A DNA stretch of 37,665 nucleotides from Bacteroidota bacterium (GCA_046049215.1 JBJOER010000006.1:1-37665), one strand, 5' to 3'; shown: positions 1 through 8,241, numbered from the stretch's first letter. The notes: generated by a model not told the origin, from the sequence alone. A program made the numbers and translations.

Positions 1-96
1 AACAGGCTGCAGGTGGGACAAAGCCTGCCCCGTGGCATCTACTTCATCCTGCTTCAAAACCAGGAGAAGTCGGTCAACCGCAAATTCTTCTATTAA
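1..96 (+). CDS. 3' end of a T9SS type A sorting domain-containing protein (partial)
   Basis: Frame 1 from base 1 reads NRLQVGQSLPRGIYFILLQNQEKSVNRKFFY*. The LPxGIYF...K-hydrophobic tail is typical of T9SS C-terminal domains. Not in the supplied ORF track. Confidence 0.75.
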   Translation, partial: NRLQVGQSLPRGIYFILLQNQEKSVNRKFFY

Positions 97-119
97 GTCT
101 GACATCAACCTCGACGCTT

Positions 120-154
120 CAAGCCCTGCGCCACCGCGCGGGGCTTGTTGTTTT
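120..154 (+). terminator. Rho-independent terminator
   Basis: CAAGCCCTGCGC-CACC-GCGCGGGGCTTG stem (12 bp, one G:U) followed by TTGTTTT, about 25 nt after the stop at 96. Confidence 0.8.
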
Positions 155-297
155 ATGCCTCCTGTGTTTGAGTATCCTCCTTTGTTATTCGCAGGGATTA
201 GCATACTGATCCGTTATAAACGGATACAAACGTGTATATGAAAGGCTAAGCGCTGCGCATTGACGAACATTGCCCTCAAAAGATACGTTGAGCGCTT

Positions 298-1914
298 ATG
301 CAATCGAACACAACCCATGCCGTACCCGTCGAGTCCAACGATGAAGCGTATGTGGTGGAGGCGGTATTGCCTTCACGTCTGGTCAAAACCTACTCCGCCA
401 CCATCATCGGTGTGGATGCTACGACTGTAGCCATCGAGGTGCACGCCGCGCAAGGGCAACCCAAAACCTTTTGGTCCGGCCTTCCCGATAACGTAGTACG
501 CGAAAGTCAGTCGCGCATCGAGGCCGCCCTGAAGGTCAACGGTTACCGTTGGCCCGGTATGCGGATGGTCATCAATCTGGCTCCGGCGGACATTCGCAAG
601 GAAGGCTCATCCTACGATCTGCCCATTGCCCTTTCCATCCTGGCGGCTTCGGGACAAATTCCTTCCGGCCGGTTCGGCGATTTCATGATGATGGGCGAAT
701 TGTCGCTCGACGGGAAACTGCTGCCTGTGCGCGGCCTCCTGCCTGTCGCCATCCAGGCCCGTGACGAGGGCTTCCGGGGCATTGTTGTTCCGAAAGCCAA
801 CGAGTCGGAAGCGGCCGTGGTGGAAGGTCTGGAGGTGTTTGGGATGCAGACACTCAAAGACGTGGTCGCTTTCCTGCTGGGACATTTGCGATGTGAAGCG
901 GTTCGTTTCGAAGAGAGCGATTCCGTGGAGACCCAACAGGAGGCGGAACTCGATTTCGCGGATGTGAAAGGCCAGGCCAATGTGAAGCGCGCCCTGGAGG
1001 TGGCGGCAGCCGGCGGACACAATGTGATTTTGATAGGCCCGCCCGGAGCCGGTAAGACTATGCTGGCCAGGCGGATGCCTTCTATCCTGCCCGAGCTTAC
1101 CGCCGAAGAGGCTTTGGAAACCACTAAGATCCATTCCGTTGCCGGCAAGTTGCCACGCGGCAGCGGATTAATCCGCAGTAGGCCGTTCCGGAGTCCCCAT
1201 CATACCATTTCCGATGTGGCGCTCTGCGGTGGAGGAGGCTTCCCCAAGCCTGGCGAAATTTCATTGGCGCACAACGGCGTGCTTTTTCTCGACGAACTGC
1301 CGGAGTTCAAACGCACTGTATTGGAAGTGATGCGTCAGCCGTTGGAAGACAGGAAGGTGACCATATCACGGGCACGTATAGCCGTAGAGTACCCTTCGAG
1401 TTTCATGCTGCTGGCGAGTATGAATCCCTGTCCCTGCGGATACCTGAACCATCCCGAGCGCGATTGCACTTGTGCCCACGGCGTAGTGGACCGCTACCTA
1501 CAGCGTATCTCAGGGCCTTTGCTCGACAGGATCGACCTGCACATCGAGGTCGTTCCTGTTCCCTTCCGCGAGCTCAATACACAGTCGGAATCGGAAAGAA
1601 GTACGGAGGTGCGTCGCCGTGTGGTGATGGCCAGACGCATCCAGGCCGATCGTTTCCGTGATCTGTCCGGCCTGCACTGCAATGCCATGATGAGCAGCCG
1701 GCTCATCCGTCAGCATTGCCGACTCGATTCAGCAGGTCAACAGTTGCTCAAGCAGGTGATGGAGCGCCTCGACCTCAGTGCCCGAGCCTACGACCGTATC
1801 CTGAAAGTCAGCCGCACCATTGCCGACCTTGAAGGCAGTGAACGTGTCCAAAACGCCCACCTCTCTGAAGCCATCAATTACCGCAGTATGGACCGATCTA
1901 ATTGGGGGAAATGA
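298..1914 (+). CDS. comM: YifB/ComM family Mg-chelatase-like AAA+ ATPase
   Basis: GLPDNVVRES, INLAPADIRKEGSSYDLPIA, Walker A GPPGAGKT, RPFRSPHHT, GEISLAHNGVLFLDE, NPCPCG..CTC, SGPLLDRID, LSARAYDRILKVSRTIADL. Start codon uncertain. Confidence 0.95.
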   Translation: MQSNTTHAVPVESNDEAYVVEAVLPSRLVKTYSATIIGVDATTVAIEVHAAQGQPKTFWSGLPDNVVRESQSRIEAALKVNGYRWPGMRMVINLAPADIRKEGSSYDLPIALSILAASGQIPSGRFGDFMMMGELSLDGKLLPVRGLLPVAIQARDEGFRGIVVPKANESEAAVVEGLEVFGMQTLKDVVAFLLGHLRCEAVRFEESDSVETQQEAELDFADVKGQANVKRALEVAAAGGHNVILIGPPGAGKTMLARRMPSILPELTAEEALETTKIHSVAGKLPRGSGLIRSRPFRSPHHTISDVALCGGGGFPKPGEISLAHNGVLFLDELPEFKRTVLEVMRQPLEDRKVTISRARIAVEYPSSFMLLASMNPCPCGYLNHPERDCTCAHGVVDRYLQRISGPLLDRIDLHIEVVPVPFRELNTQSESERSTEVRRRVVMARRIQADRFRDLSGLHCNAMMSSRLIRQHCRLDSAGQQLLKQVMERLDLSARAYDRILKVSRTIADLEGSERVQNAHLSEAINYRSMDRSNWGK

Positions 1915-1935
1915 CTTCAATGGAAGATCTTATAA

Positions 1936-1969
1936 TCCATTTGGAGGACGCAATTTGCGTCCTCCAAAT
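1936..1969. repeat. Palindromic repeat, copy 1
   Basis: ATTTGGAGGACGCAA-T-TTGCGTCCTCCAAAT (1939-1969), a perfect 15-bp inverted repeat around one central base. 1936-1968 is identical to 2159-2191. Confidence 0.95.
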
Positions 1970-2158
1970 CATAAGTAATAGAAAATCATATTGTTATGGA
2001 TCATCGAAAGGACGCAATCGACAGTTGGAGTGGGTCAGCATTACCAGGTTTGTCAATCACAAAGCACTCGCTCTCCCGTGCCCTCCTACGAATAGTTCAA
2101 CTGTAGGATCGTGTTCCGGTTCAGGCCGTACAACCTCTTGCGGAATTGCTTATCTAAT

Positions 2159-2191
2159 TCCATTTGGAGGACGCAATTTGCGTCCTCCAAA
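2159..2191. repeat. Palindromic repeat, copy 2
   Basis: TCCATTTGGAGGACGCAATTTGCGTCCTCCAAA, 33/33 identical to 1936-1968. Ends 27 nt before the ORF6N ATG. Confidence 0.95.
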
Positions 2192-2218
2192 CTATAAACC
2201 CCACAAAAACAATCGATT

Positions 2219-2785
2219 ATGAATGACTTGATTGCAGTATCCGATGAATGGATCGCCCAACGCATTTATGTGATTCGGAATAAGAAAGTGATGCTTGACC
2301 GGGACCTGGCCGACCTTTACGGCGTTGAAACCAAACGATTGAAAGAAGCAGTTCGACGCAATGCTTCGCGCTTTCCGGAGGATTTCATGTTCGAAATGGA
2401 GGGCCGGGAACTCGAGCAGTGGAGAAGGGGGAATGTCGATTCACCCGAGGACAAGAAAGGCCTGAGGCATCCACCATTTTGTTTTACCGAGCAGGGGGTG
2501 ACCATGTTGTCCTGTATCCTGAACAGCGAAAGGGCGATTCAAGTGAACATCCTGATCATCCGCGTTTTCGTGCGTTTTCGCGAGTTGTTATCCGGTAACC
2601 AGGAGATCCTCCTCATGGTGGAGCGTATAGAAAAAAAGCTCAGTCGACACGATACCGAAATTAACGCGATCATGGAAGCCCTGAAGATGCTGTTGATGCC
2701 TCCCGCTTCTCCTCGGGTGAGAATCGGGTTCTCCAAAGAAAAAGAGCGGACGTCGGGCAAGGCTGACACGCAGTTGTCCCGTTGA
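2219..2785 (+). CDS. ORF6N domain (KilA-N-like) putative DNA-binding protein
   Basis: RIYVIRNKKVMLDRDLADLYGVETKRLKEAVRRNASRFPEDFMF ... FCFTEQGVTMLSCILNSERAIQVNILIIRVF, a C-terminal coiled coil and a RIGF tail. Confidence 0.92.
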   Translation: MNDLIAVSDEWIAQRIYVIRNKKVMLDRDLADLYGVETKRLKEAVRRNASRFPEDFMFEMEGRELEQWRRGNVDSPEDKKGLRHPPFCFTEQGVTMLSCILNSERAIQVNILIIRVFVRFRELLSGNQEILLMVERIEKKLSRHDTEINAIMEALKMLLMPPASPRVRIGFSKEKERTSGKADTQLSR

Positions 2786-2793
2786 ATGTTCGG

Positions 2794-2825
2794 TATATCC
2801 GGCAGCACTAGATCTGCCGGTTGTA
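2794..2825. terminator. Hairpin between the convergent ORF6N and secA genes (possible terminator)
   Basis: CCGGCAG (2799-2805) / CTGCCGG (2814-2820) with an 8-nt loop and an imperfect extension. No strong U-tract. Confidence 0.45.
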
Positions 2826-5800
2826 TCAGCTCTCTACCATGGTGCCATGGCAACTCTTGAACTTCTTGCCTGAACCGCATGGACATGGGTCGTTACGGCC
2901 CACCTTCATCTCGTTACGTACAGGCTCGTGTTTCACGGGTGGGGGAGGACCCTGCGGTGGCTGATTGCCGGAAGGGGTAGGTCCAGCCGTGGTACTGACA
3001 TTCTGGTTGTATTCGTCGTGCGTAGCCTTGAGCTTGCTCATGTCGCTGCGGGGCTGTTGAGCCTGACGCACTTGCTGCGGTTGTTCAACAGCGATCTGTC
3101 CTTTGAACAGGAACGACATCGTGTCGCGGTTAACTTCTTCCAGCATTTTCTTGAACAATTCGAACGATTCGAATTTGTAGATCAGCAGCGGATCTTTCTG
3201 TTCGTACACCGCATTCTGAACGCTCTGCTTCAAATCGTCCATCTCGCGGAGATGCTCCTTCCACGCATCGTCGATCAATGCAAGGGTGATGTTCCGCTCG
3301 AAGGCACGGATCAGTTCAAGGCCCTGGCTTTCGTATGATTTCCGCAAGTGTGCGATCACCTGCACACCGCGAATCCCATCACTGAACGGTACGACGATGT
3401 TTTCGTACTGTTGACCTTGCTGTTCGAAAACCTGACGAACAATCGGGAATGCCTGCTCGCCGATATGCTTTGCTTTGTTGCGGTAATGCTCATCGAGAGC
3501 TTCGTAAACGCGAGTGGTGAGTGTGTCCGGTTTCTCTTTGAGGAACTCCTGTTCGGATACCGGGCTCTCCACCGCGAAGAGGCGGATCAGATCCAGGTTG
3601 AAGTTCTCGAAATCGCGCGATTCCTGATGGCTGTTCACCAGGTTTTCGGCCAGGTCGAAGAGCATGTTCTGTAGGTCGAGCGACAGACGTTCGCCGTACA
3701 GGGCGTGCTTACGTTTTTTGTAAATGACTTCGCGCTGGGCGTTCATCACGTCGTCGTATTCCAACAGGCGCTTACGCGTGCCGAAGTGGTTCTCTTCCAC
3801 TTTGCGCTGTGCGCGCTCGATGCTGCGGGTGATGAGGCTGTGCTGGATCACTTCGCCTTCTTTCAGACCCATGCGGTCCATCATGCCGGCGATGCGGTCG
3901 GAACCGAACAGACGCATCAGGTTATCTTCAAGTGAAACAAAGAACTGAGAAGAGCCCGGGTCGCCCTGACGTCCGGAGCGTCCGCGAAGCTGTCGGTCAA
4001 CACGACGCGATTCGTGGCGCTCTGTGCCGATGATGGCCAATCCGCCTGCTTCTTTCACACCGGGTCCGAGTTTGATGTCGGTACCACGGCCGGCCATGTT
4101 GGTGGCGATGGTGACCGTACCGGCTTGTCCGGCCTGAGCCACGATCTCCGCCTCACGCTGGTGCTGTTTCGCATTCAGGACGTTATGGCGGATGTTTCTT
4201 TGCTTCAGCATACGGCTGAGCAATTCAGAGATCTCGACTGAGGTCGTACCTACGAGTACCGGGCGCTGCGCCTCGGTGAGTTTAACGATCTCATCGATCA
4301 CTGCGTTGAATTTCTCGCGAGTGGTTTTGTAAACCAGGTCCTCTTCGTCCTTCCGCACGATTTTGCGGTGTGTAGGGATAACCACGACATCCAGTTTGTA
4401 GATCTCCCAGAATTCGCCCGCTTCGGTTTCGGCCGTACCGGTCATTCCGGCCAGCTTATGGTACATGCGGAAATAATTCTGCAGTGTGATCGTCGCATAG
4501 GTTTGCGTGGCAGCTTCGACCTTCACGTTCTCCTTGGCTTCGATGGCCTGGTGAAGTCCGTCGCTGTAACGACGACCATCCAGCACACGGCCGGTTTGTT
4601 CGTCTACTATTTTTACCTTGCTATCCTGGATGATGTATTCCACATCCTTTTCGTAAAGGGTGTAGGCACGCAACAGCTGATTGATGGTGTGGATGCGTTC
4701 CCCTTTGATGGCGAAGTCGCGCAGGAGGGTGTCCTTTCGGCTGGCCTTCTCCTCGGCGGTGCCGGTTGACTTTTCGATATCCGCCATGACAGAACCCACG
4801 TCAGGCAATTCGAAGAAATGCGGATCGGAAGTGTTGTGGCTGATCAGGTCGATGCCTTTCTCGGTCATCTCGATGCTGTGGTTCTTTTCATCGATGATGA
4901 AAAACAACTCGGGATCCACTTTTTCGCGCATCAGCTTCCCTTGTTCCGCCATGTACTGGTTCTCGGTCTTCTGAAGCAAGGTCTTCACACCGGGCTCACT
5001 CAGGAATTTGATCAGGGCGCGGTGCTTTGGCATTCCCCGATAGGCACGAAGTAGCGCCATGCCTACCTCTTCCTGCTTGTCCTTGGTATCGAAATTCTTC
5101 TTCGCGTCGGCGATCAGGGTGTTGACGTAGTTACGCTGTGCGTTGACAAGCAGTTCCACTTTCGGTTTAAGGGCGTGGAATTCCTGGTCCTGTCCTTTGG
5201 GTGTTGGTCCCGAAATGATCAGCGGAGTACGGGCATCGTCGATCAACACGGAGTCGACCTCATCCACGATGGCATAGTGATGCTCGCGTTGAACGATATC
5301 CTCCGGGCTGCGGGCCATGTTGTCGCGCAGGTAGTCGAACCCGAATTCATTGTTGGTGCCGTAGGTGATATCGGCCATGTAGGCCTTGCGGCGTTCATTG
5401 GAATTCGGCTGGTGCTTGTCGATGCAATCCACGGTGAGTCCCAGGAATTCAAACAAGGGGCCGTTCCATTCGGAATCGCGCTTGGCCAGGTAATCGTTCA
5501 CGGTCACGACGTGTACACCCCTTCCGGCTAGGGCATTGAGATAGATCGGCAAGGTAGCTACGAGCGTCTTTCCTTCGCCGGTAGCCATCTCTGCGATTTT
5601 TCCCTGATGAAGTACCGAGCCTCCGATCAGCTGCGCATCGTAGTGTACCATGTCCCAGCTCACCTCGTTACCGGCGGCTATCCATGTCCGTTTATAGGTT
5701 GCCTGGTCGCCCTGGATGATCACGTGGTTTTTCCTGGCCGCAAGTTCCCGGTCGTGATCGCGGGCGGTTAAGGTAAGGTCGCCCACTTCTTTAAAACGGC

Positions 5801-6164
5801 GGGCAGCTTCTTTCACTACGGCAAAGGCTTCCGGATGTATTTCCTGAAGCACCTCCTCGATTCGCTTGTTCCGTTCTTTCTTCAGTTCATCGATCCGTGC
5901 GAAGAGTCGCTCTTTCTCGTCCATAGACTGATCTCCCTCGGTCTCGGCCGAGAGTGAAGTCAGTTCCTGCTCGATTTCCTCCAGGTGCTGGCGGATCTGC
6001 TCCCGAAATTGAAGTGTTCGGTCGCGCAGCTCATCGTTGGTGAGAGAAGACAAGGTATCGAACCGGGCGTTGATCTGACCGACAAAAGGGTTGAGCTCCT
6101 TCAGGTCGCGGTCGGCTTTGCTGCCTACGATGGACTTGATGAAGCGATTGACGAAATCCAACAT
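2826..6164 (-). CDS. secA: Preprotein translocase subunit SecA
   Basis: IAEMATGEGKT, VTVNDYLAKRD, DEVDSVLIDDARTPLIISG, ATNMAGRGTDI, QLRGRSGRQGDPG, C-terminal SEC-C GRNDPCPCGSGKKFKSCHG. Start moved to ATG 6164 (MLDFVNRF), downstream of a -7-like box. Confidence 0.98.
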   Translation of the reverse strand: MLDFVNRFIKSIVGSKADRDLKELNPFVGQINARFDTLSSLTNDELRDRTLQFREQIRQHLEEIEQELTSLSAETEGDQSMDEKERLFARIDELKKERNKRIEEVLQEIHPEAFAVVKEAARRFKEVGDLTLTARDHDRELAARKNHVIIQGDQATYKRTWIAAGNEVSWDMVHYDAQLIGGSVLHQGKIAEMATGEGKTLVATLPIYLNALAGRGVHVVTVNDYLAKRDSEWNGPLFEFLGLTVDCIDKHQPNSNERRKAYMADITYGTNNEFGFDYLRDNMARSPEDIVQREHHYAIVDEVDSVLIDDARTPLIISGPTPKGQDQEFHALKPKVELLVNAQRNYVNTLIADAKKNFDTKDKQEEVGMALLRAYRGMPKHRALIKFLSEPGVKTLLQKTENQYMAEQGKLMREKVDPELFFIIDEKNHSIEMTEKGIDLISHNTSDPHFFELPDVGSVMADIEKSTGTAEEKASRKDTLLRDFAIKGERIHTINQLLRAYTLYEKDVEYIIQDSKVKIVDEQTGRVLDGRRYSDGLHQAIEAKENVKVEAATQTYATITLQNYFRMYHKLAGMTGTAETEAGEFWEIYKLDVVVIPTHRKIVRKDEEDLVYKTTREKFNAVIDEIVKLTEAQRPVLVGTTSVEISELLSRMLKQRNIRHNVLNAKQHQREAEIVAQAGQAGTVTIATNMAGRGTDIKLGPGVKEAGGLAIIGTERHESRRVDRQLRGRSGRQGDPGSSQFFVSLEDNLMRLFGSDRIAGMMDRMGLKEGEVIQHSLITRSIERAQRKVEENHFGTRKRLLEYDDVMNAQREVIYKKRKHALYGERLSLDLQNMLFDLAENLVNSHQESRDFENFNLDLIRLFAVESPVSEQEFLKEKPDTLTTRVYEALDEHYRNKAKHIGEQAFPIVRQVFEQQGQQYENIVVPFSDGIRGVQVIAHLRKSYESQGLELIRAFERNITLALIDDAWKEHLREMDDLKQSVQNAVYEQKDPLLIYKFESFELFKKMLEEVNRDTMSFLFKGQIAVEQPQQVRQAQQPRSDMSKLKATHDEYNQNVSTTAGPTPSGNQPPQGPPPPVKHEPVRNEMKVGRNDPCPCGSGKKFKSCHGTMVES

Positions 6165-6191
6165 GGTTTCGGGGTGTGGTTTTTGGGAGCG

Positions 6192-6199
6192 TAAAGGTA
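6192..6199 (-). promoter_or_regulatory. Putative Bacteroidota -7 box for secA
   Basis: TACCTTTA on the minus strand (7/8 to TAnnTTTG), 27 nt upstream of the ATG. Confidence 0.55.
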
Positions 6200-6363
6200 C
6201 GCTTTCCCATTCAGAAACCGTCCGGTTCTGGCCGCCAAGGGAAACTGGCAAGTCGATGAATATCCTGCTGACGGTCAAATTGAGCTTTTCGTCCTGTCGA
6301 GTATGACCGGAAAGCGACTTTCGATTGGATTTCAACAGGTTTTCCCTGATTGCGTTGATTTTA

Positions 6364-6395
6364 CTTGACTGGCATGAACTGGGCACTTACCTTTG
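6364..6395 (+). promoter_or_regulatory. Bacteroidota housekeeping promoter (-33/-7)
   Basis: CTTG (6364-6367), a 20-nt spacer, then an exact TACCTTTG (6388-6395). Confidence 0.65.
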
Positions 6396-6423
6396 AAACA
6401 GGCGATTTATTTTGCTGCGATGT

Positions 6424-6903
6424 ATGTATTGGAACGATGAAGACCTTTTCGAGGCCGCTTTCAACGACGAGCGAATCAGGGAAGAAGCCCTGAGGGATAT
6501 CGAGCTTGAACGCGGGCGAATCGCTGCCATGCCCATCATGCTGAAAGCCCGGCAGATCGGAAGGCTCGTCTCGTACATCTGTGAAACGCTTCCTACCGAG
6601 GATCTCGCGCACCATTACCGGGAGATCATGCAGGGCGATGCCGGCGTGATCATTGGAAAAGTAGCCGCAGCCGAAGGCTGTTCGGTTTACTCCCTGAAGA
6701 TGGAAAATGCGGTATTGATCAAGCTGGCAGCCAAGAATTTGTTGTCTCAGATGTCCGGACTCCGCATGCTTGGCTATTCCGATTCCCGCTACATCCGTCT
6801 GCTGTGCGACGAGATCGAGGAATTCAGGGCGTTATTCGTCGTCTGGATTGCCACCTTCGACCGGCGCTGTGATATGCGCGACGGCTGGGGAATCTTTCAT
6901 TGA
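6424..6903 (+). CDS. Hypothetical all-helical protein, possibly four-helix-bundle/Avd-like
   Basis: Fills the secA-MFS gap and has its own promoter. Amphipathic helices (KMENAVLIKLAA, DEIEEFRALFVVWIATFD). ATG 6424 preferred over TTG 6412. The fold is inferred. Confidence 0.7.
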   Translation: MYWNDEDLFEAAFNDERIREEALRDIELERGRIAAMPIMLKARQIGRLVSYICETLPTEDLAHHYREIMQGDAGVIIGKVAAAEGCSVYSLKMENAVLIKLAAKNLLSQMSGLRMLGYSDSRYIRLLCDEIEEFRALFVVWIATFDRRCDMRDGWGIFH

Positions 6904-6926
6904 GTACCCTTTGCGTTTTCCCGATC

Positions 6927-8150
6927 TTACAGATTCAACTTGCGCAATCCCGGAGCCAGCTTTGCGGTAAGGCCTACGGATAGTAACGTCAAACTGCCTC
7001 CGAAAATCACCGATGGTACTAGACCGAGCAGCCGGGCGGCAAGTCCCGATTCGAAGGCACCGATCTCGTTGCTCGATCCCACGAAGAGGCTGTTGACCGC
7101 TGCCACTCTTCCACGCATTCCGTCGGGGGTGTGCGTCTGTAGTATCGTACTGCGGATCACTACGCTCACATTGTCGAGCATTCCACTGAGCACCAGGAGC
7201 CCAAGGGAGATCCAGAAAACATCCGATAGGGCGAAGGCGATCATACAAACTCCGAAACCGGCTACGCACCAAAGCATCAGTTTGCCGGCGCCTTTTCCGG
7301 GGGGACGAAATGCCAGCCAGGTGGCCATGATGACCGCACCGATCGCAGGGGCTGCACGCAGCCACCCCAATCCCTCCGGCCCGCAATGCAGGATTTTGTC
7401 GGCGAATGCCGGTAAGAGAGCCACAGCACCACCGAAAAGAACTGCGAACAGATCCAGTGTCACAGCAGGAAGCAATACTTTGTTACTGAAGAAAAAGCGC
7501 AGTCCGTCCCGTAGGGCAGTGTTGATGCTTTCTCCATGAACATGCTTGGGATCGGCCTGTCTGTGCATGACCAGGTAGCATATGACGGTGACGGCGATCA
7601 GCACGCAAACGATGATCAATGTGCTGGAGGCCCCAAGCCAGGCATAGCACAATCCACCTGCAGCCGGGCCGGCTACCGCGCCGATTTGCCAGAGGCTGCT
7701 GTTCCACACCGATCCGTTCACGTATTTTTCAGGTGGCAGCAACTGGCCCCACAAGGCTGCCTGGGCCGGCGTATATATCCCGCGTGCGAGGCCGATTACA
7801 AATAATATGGAGAACGCAGGCCAAAGGCTGCTTGTTCTTGTCTCATCCATTACTACCAGCACAAACAATGCCGAGGCCACCAGCATCATCGTGGTGGAAA
7901 TGGTGGCCAGTGTTTTTCTATTGAAGCGGTCGGCCAGGTACCCACCCGGCAGTGCAAGCGATAACGCAGGGATGGCTTCAGTCAGACCGATCAGTCCAAG
8001 TGAGAAAGGATCTTTGGTCTTCTGGTAGATGATCCAGCTGGCGACCAGTGCCTGCATCTGCAGAGCGACGGTCAGCAGGAACTTACCGCTCAGAAAAAGC
8101 CTGAAATCACGGTGCCGCAGGGAGGCATACGGGTCGTGCGTGGCGGACAT
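6927..8150 (-). CDS. MFS transporter (EntS-like / MFS_3 type)
   Basis: About 12 hydrophobic segments, motif A GGYLADRFNRK, LDLFAVLFGGAVALLP, TPDGMRGRV, SSNEIGAFESG. Confidence 0.92.
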   Translation of the reverse strand: MSATHDPYASLRHRDFRLFLSGKFLLTVALQMQALVASWIIYQKTKDPFSLGLIGLTEAIPALSLALPGGYLADRFNRKTLATISTTMMLVASALFVLVVMDETRTSSLWPAFSILFVIGLARGIYTPAQAALWGQLLPPEKYVNGSVWNSSLWQIGAVAGPAAGGLCYAWLGASSTLIIVCVLIAVTVICYLVMHRQADPKHVHGESINTALRDGLRFFFSNKVLLPAVTLDLFAVLFGGAVALLPAFADKILHCGPEGLGWLRAAPAIGAVIMATWLAFRPPGKGAGKLMLWCVAGFGVCMIAFALSDVFWISLGLLVLSGMLDNVSVVIRSTILQTHTPDGMRGRVAAVNSLFVGSSNEIGAFESGLAARLLGLVPSVIFGGSLTLLSVGLTAKLAPGLRKLNL

Positions 8151-8154
8151 GGAA

Positions 8155-8162
8155 CAAAGCTA
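8155..8162 (-). promoter_or_regulatory. -7 box, probably leaderless MFS transcript
   Basis: Exact TAGCTTTG, 4 nt before the ATG at 8150. Confidence 0.65.
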
Positions 8163-8241
8163 ATCCAAATCGGTGTGCAACGGAGTCTGTATGGTCTGTC
8201 GTGAACCGGGAAGTTCAGGTGGCGATTCCTCCTGGCGTGCG

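Noticed and set aside
32-241. 69-aa ORF
   Set aside because: Overlaps the T9SS gene tail in another frame and runs through its terminator.
298-1914. Genomic island integrated in comM
   Set aside because: The reading frame is continuous with all motifs present; no recombinase or second comM fragment.
1996-2106. 36-aa ORF (MDHRKDAIDSW...) in the repeat spacer
   Set aside because: Short, with no recognisable features or promoter; expected by chance.
1936-2191. Two 33-bp palindromic repeats as a CRISPR mini-array
   Set aside because: Only two copies, a 190-bp spacer far longer than CRISPR spacers, a full-length palindrome and no cas genes.
6370-6384. TGGCATGAACTGGGC as a sigma-54 -24/-12 promoter
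   Set aside because: GG-N10-GC spacing fits, but the TT before GC is missing and it overlaps a better housekeeping promoter.
6165-6386. 74-aa N-terminal extension of SecA in the ORF track
   Set aside because: No SecA similarity, and a -7-like box lies within it upstream of ATG 6164.
6424-6903. Diversity-generating retroelement
   Set aside because: No reverse transcriptase and no adenine-variant repeat pair were seen; the Avd resemblance is only inferred.
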